A DNA stretch of 64,000 bases from Eledone cirrhosa (Eukaryota). The DNA lies in NCBI GenBank assembly GCA_964016885.1, contig OZ024766.1:19158001-19222000 (forward strand), read 5' to 3'. A program made the translations under genes and the position numbers. The notes under the pieces were generated by a model. The model was not told where the DNA came from and did not search any database. It was given only the letters and a program-made list of their open reading frames with translations. Each line of letters opens with the position of its first letter. Position 1 is the stretch's first letter. Shown here one piece after another: positions 62,432-64,000 of this stretch.

Positions 62432-64000
62432 TATATACAATAGTATATATAGAGTAATGTAAATGTTATGTGAGGTATTATGTGAGGTAAAGCCTTTACT
62501 GTGACAATACAATAGTATATATAGAGTAGTGCAAATGTTATGTGAGGTATTATGTGAGGTAAAGTCTTTACTGTGACAATACAATAGTATATATAGAGTA
62601 GTGTAAATGTTATGTGAGATATTATGTGAGGTAAAGCCTTTACTGTGACAATACAATAGTATATATAGAGTAATGTAAATGTTATGTGAGGTATTATGTG
62701 AGGTAAAGCCTTTACTGTGACAATACAATAGTATATATAGAGTAATGTAAATGTTATGTGAGATATTATGTGAGGTAAAGCCTTTACTGTGACAATACAA
62801 TAGTATATATAGAGTAATGTAAATGTTATGTGAGATATTATGTGAGGTAAAGCCTTTACTGTGACAATACAATAGTATATATAGAGTAATGTAAATGTTA
62901 TGTGAGATATTATGTGTGGTAAAGCCTTTACTGTGACAATACAATAGTATATATAGAGTAATGTAAATGTTATGTGAGATATTATGTGAGGTAAAGCCTT
63001 TACTGTGACAATACAATAGTATATATAGAGTAATGTAAATGTTATGTGAGATATTATGTGAGGTAAAGCCTTTACTGTGACAATACAATCGTATATATAG
63101 AGTAATGTAAATGTTATGTGAGATATTATGTGAGGTAAAGCCTTTACTGTGACAATACAATAGTATATATAGAGTAATGTAAATGTTATGTGAGATATTA
63201 TGTGAGGTAAAGCCTTTACTGTGACAATACAATAGTATATATAGAGTAATGTAAATGTTATGTGAGATATTATGTGAGGTAAAGCCTTTACTGTGACAAT
63301 ACAATAGTATATATAGAGTAATGTAAATGTTATGTGAGGTATTATGTGAGGTAAAGCCTTTACTGTGACAATACAATAGTATATATAGAGTAATGTAAAT
63401 GTTATGTGAGATATTATGTGAGGTAAAGCCTTTACTGTGACAATACAATAGTATATATAGAGTAATGTAAATGTTATGTGAGGTATTATGTGAGGTAAAG
63501 CCTTTACTGTGACAATACAATAGTATATATAGAGTAGTGCAAATGTTATGTGAGGTATTATGTGAGGTAAAGTCTTTACTGTGACAATACAATAGTATAT
63601 ATAGAGTAGTGTAAATGTTATGTGAGATATTATGTGAGGTAAAGCCTTTACTGTGACAATACAATAGTATATATAGAGTAATGTAAATGTTATGTGAGGT
63701 ATTATGTGAGGTAAAGCCTTTACTGTGACAATACAATAGTATATATAGAGTAATGTAAATGTTATGTGAGATATTATGTGAGGTAAAGCCTTTACTGTGA
63801 CAATACAATAGTATATATAGAGTAATGTAAATGTTATGTGAGATATTATGTGAGGTAAAGCCTTTACTGTGACAATACAATAGTATATATAGAGTAATGT
63901 AAATGTTATGTGAGATATTATGTGTGGTAAAGCCTTTACTGTGACAATACAATAGTATATATAGAGTAATGTAGATGTTATGTGAGATATTATGTGAGGT
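62432..64000. repeat. 72-bp MITE-A satellite array (at least 21 units, runs off the window)
   Basis: Same unit as 23860-25893, in opposite orientation to 55742-56887. Confidence 0.92.

Overview
Eukaryotic, AT-rich and extremely repeat-dense genomic DNA, most likely from an octopod/coleoid cephalopod (an inference from the SINE families, the RTE tails and the mollusc-type synapsin). Almost all long ORFs in the supplied track are artefacts of tandem repeats. Reading exons by hand gives three spliced genes with canonical GT-AG junctions and consistent phases. (1) Minus strand: the first two coding exons of a Polycomb/CBX2-4-6-7-8-type chromobox gene (12487-12555, 4046-4089), continuing off the left edge. 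(2) Plus strand: a complete six-exon, 221-aa secreted ependymin-related (EPDR) gene (22498-38626). (3) Minus strand: the last six coding exons of synapsin (62346-54731), with a 28-residue polyQ just before domain E; its 5' part lies off the right edge. The rest is RTE LINE fragments, two tRNA-type SINE families, TTAA-specific (piggyBac-like) MITEs, a Ginger-like and a Tc1/mariner-like MITE, and many micro- and minisatellites. The main patterns are: (a) most TE families here carry internal tandem expansions of variable copy number; (b) several tandem repeats are seeded at exon boundaries or the start codon, some copies with the signal destroyed; (c) nested inverted repeats bracket synapsin exons, which predicts long dsRNA; (d) a CpG-rich cluster of about ten TGACGTCA palindromes lies between the converging 3' ends. 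No prokaryote-type system (CRISPR etc.) is supported. Repeat boundaries are approximate; exon coordinates were counted by hand.
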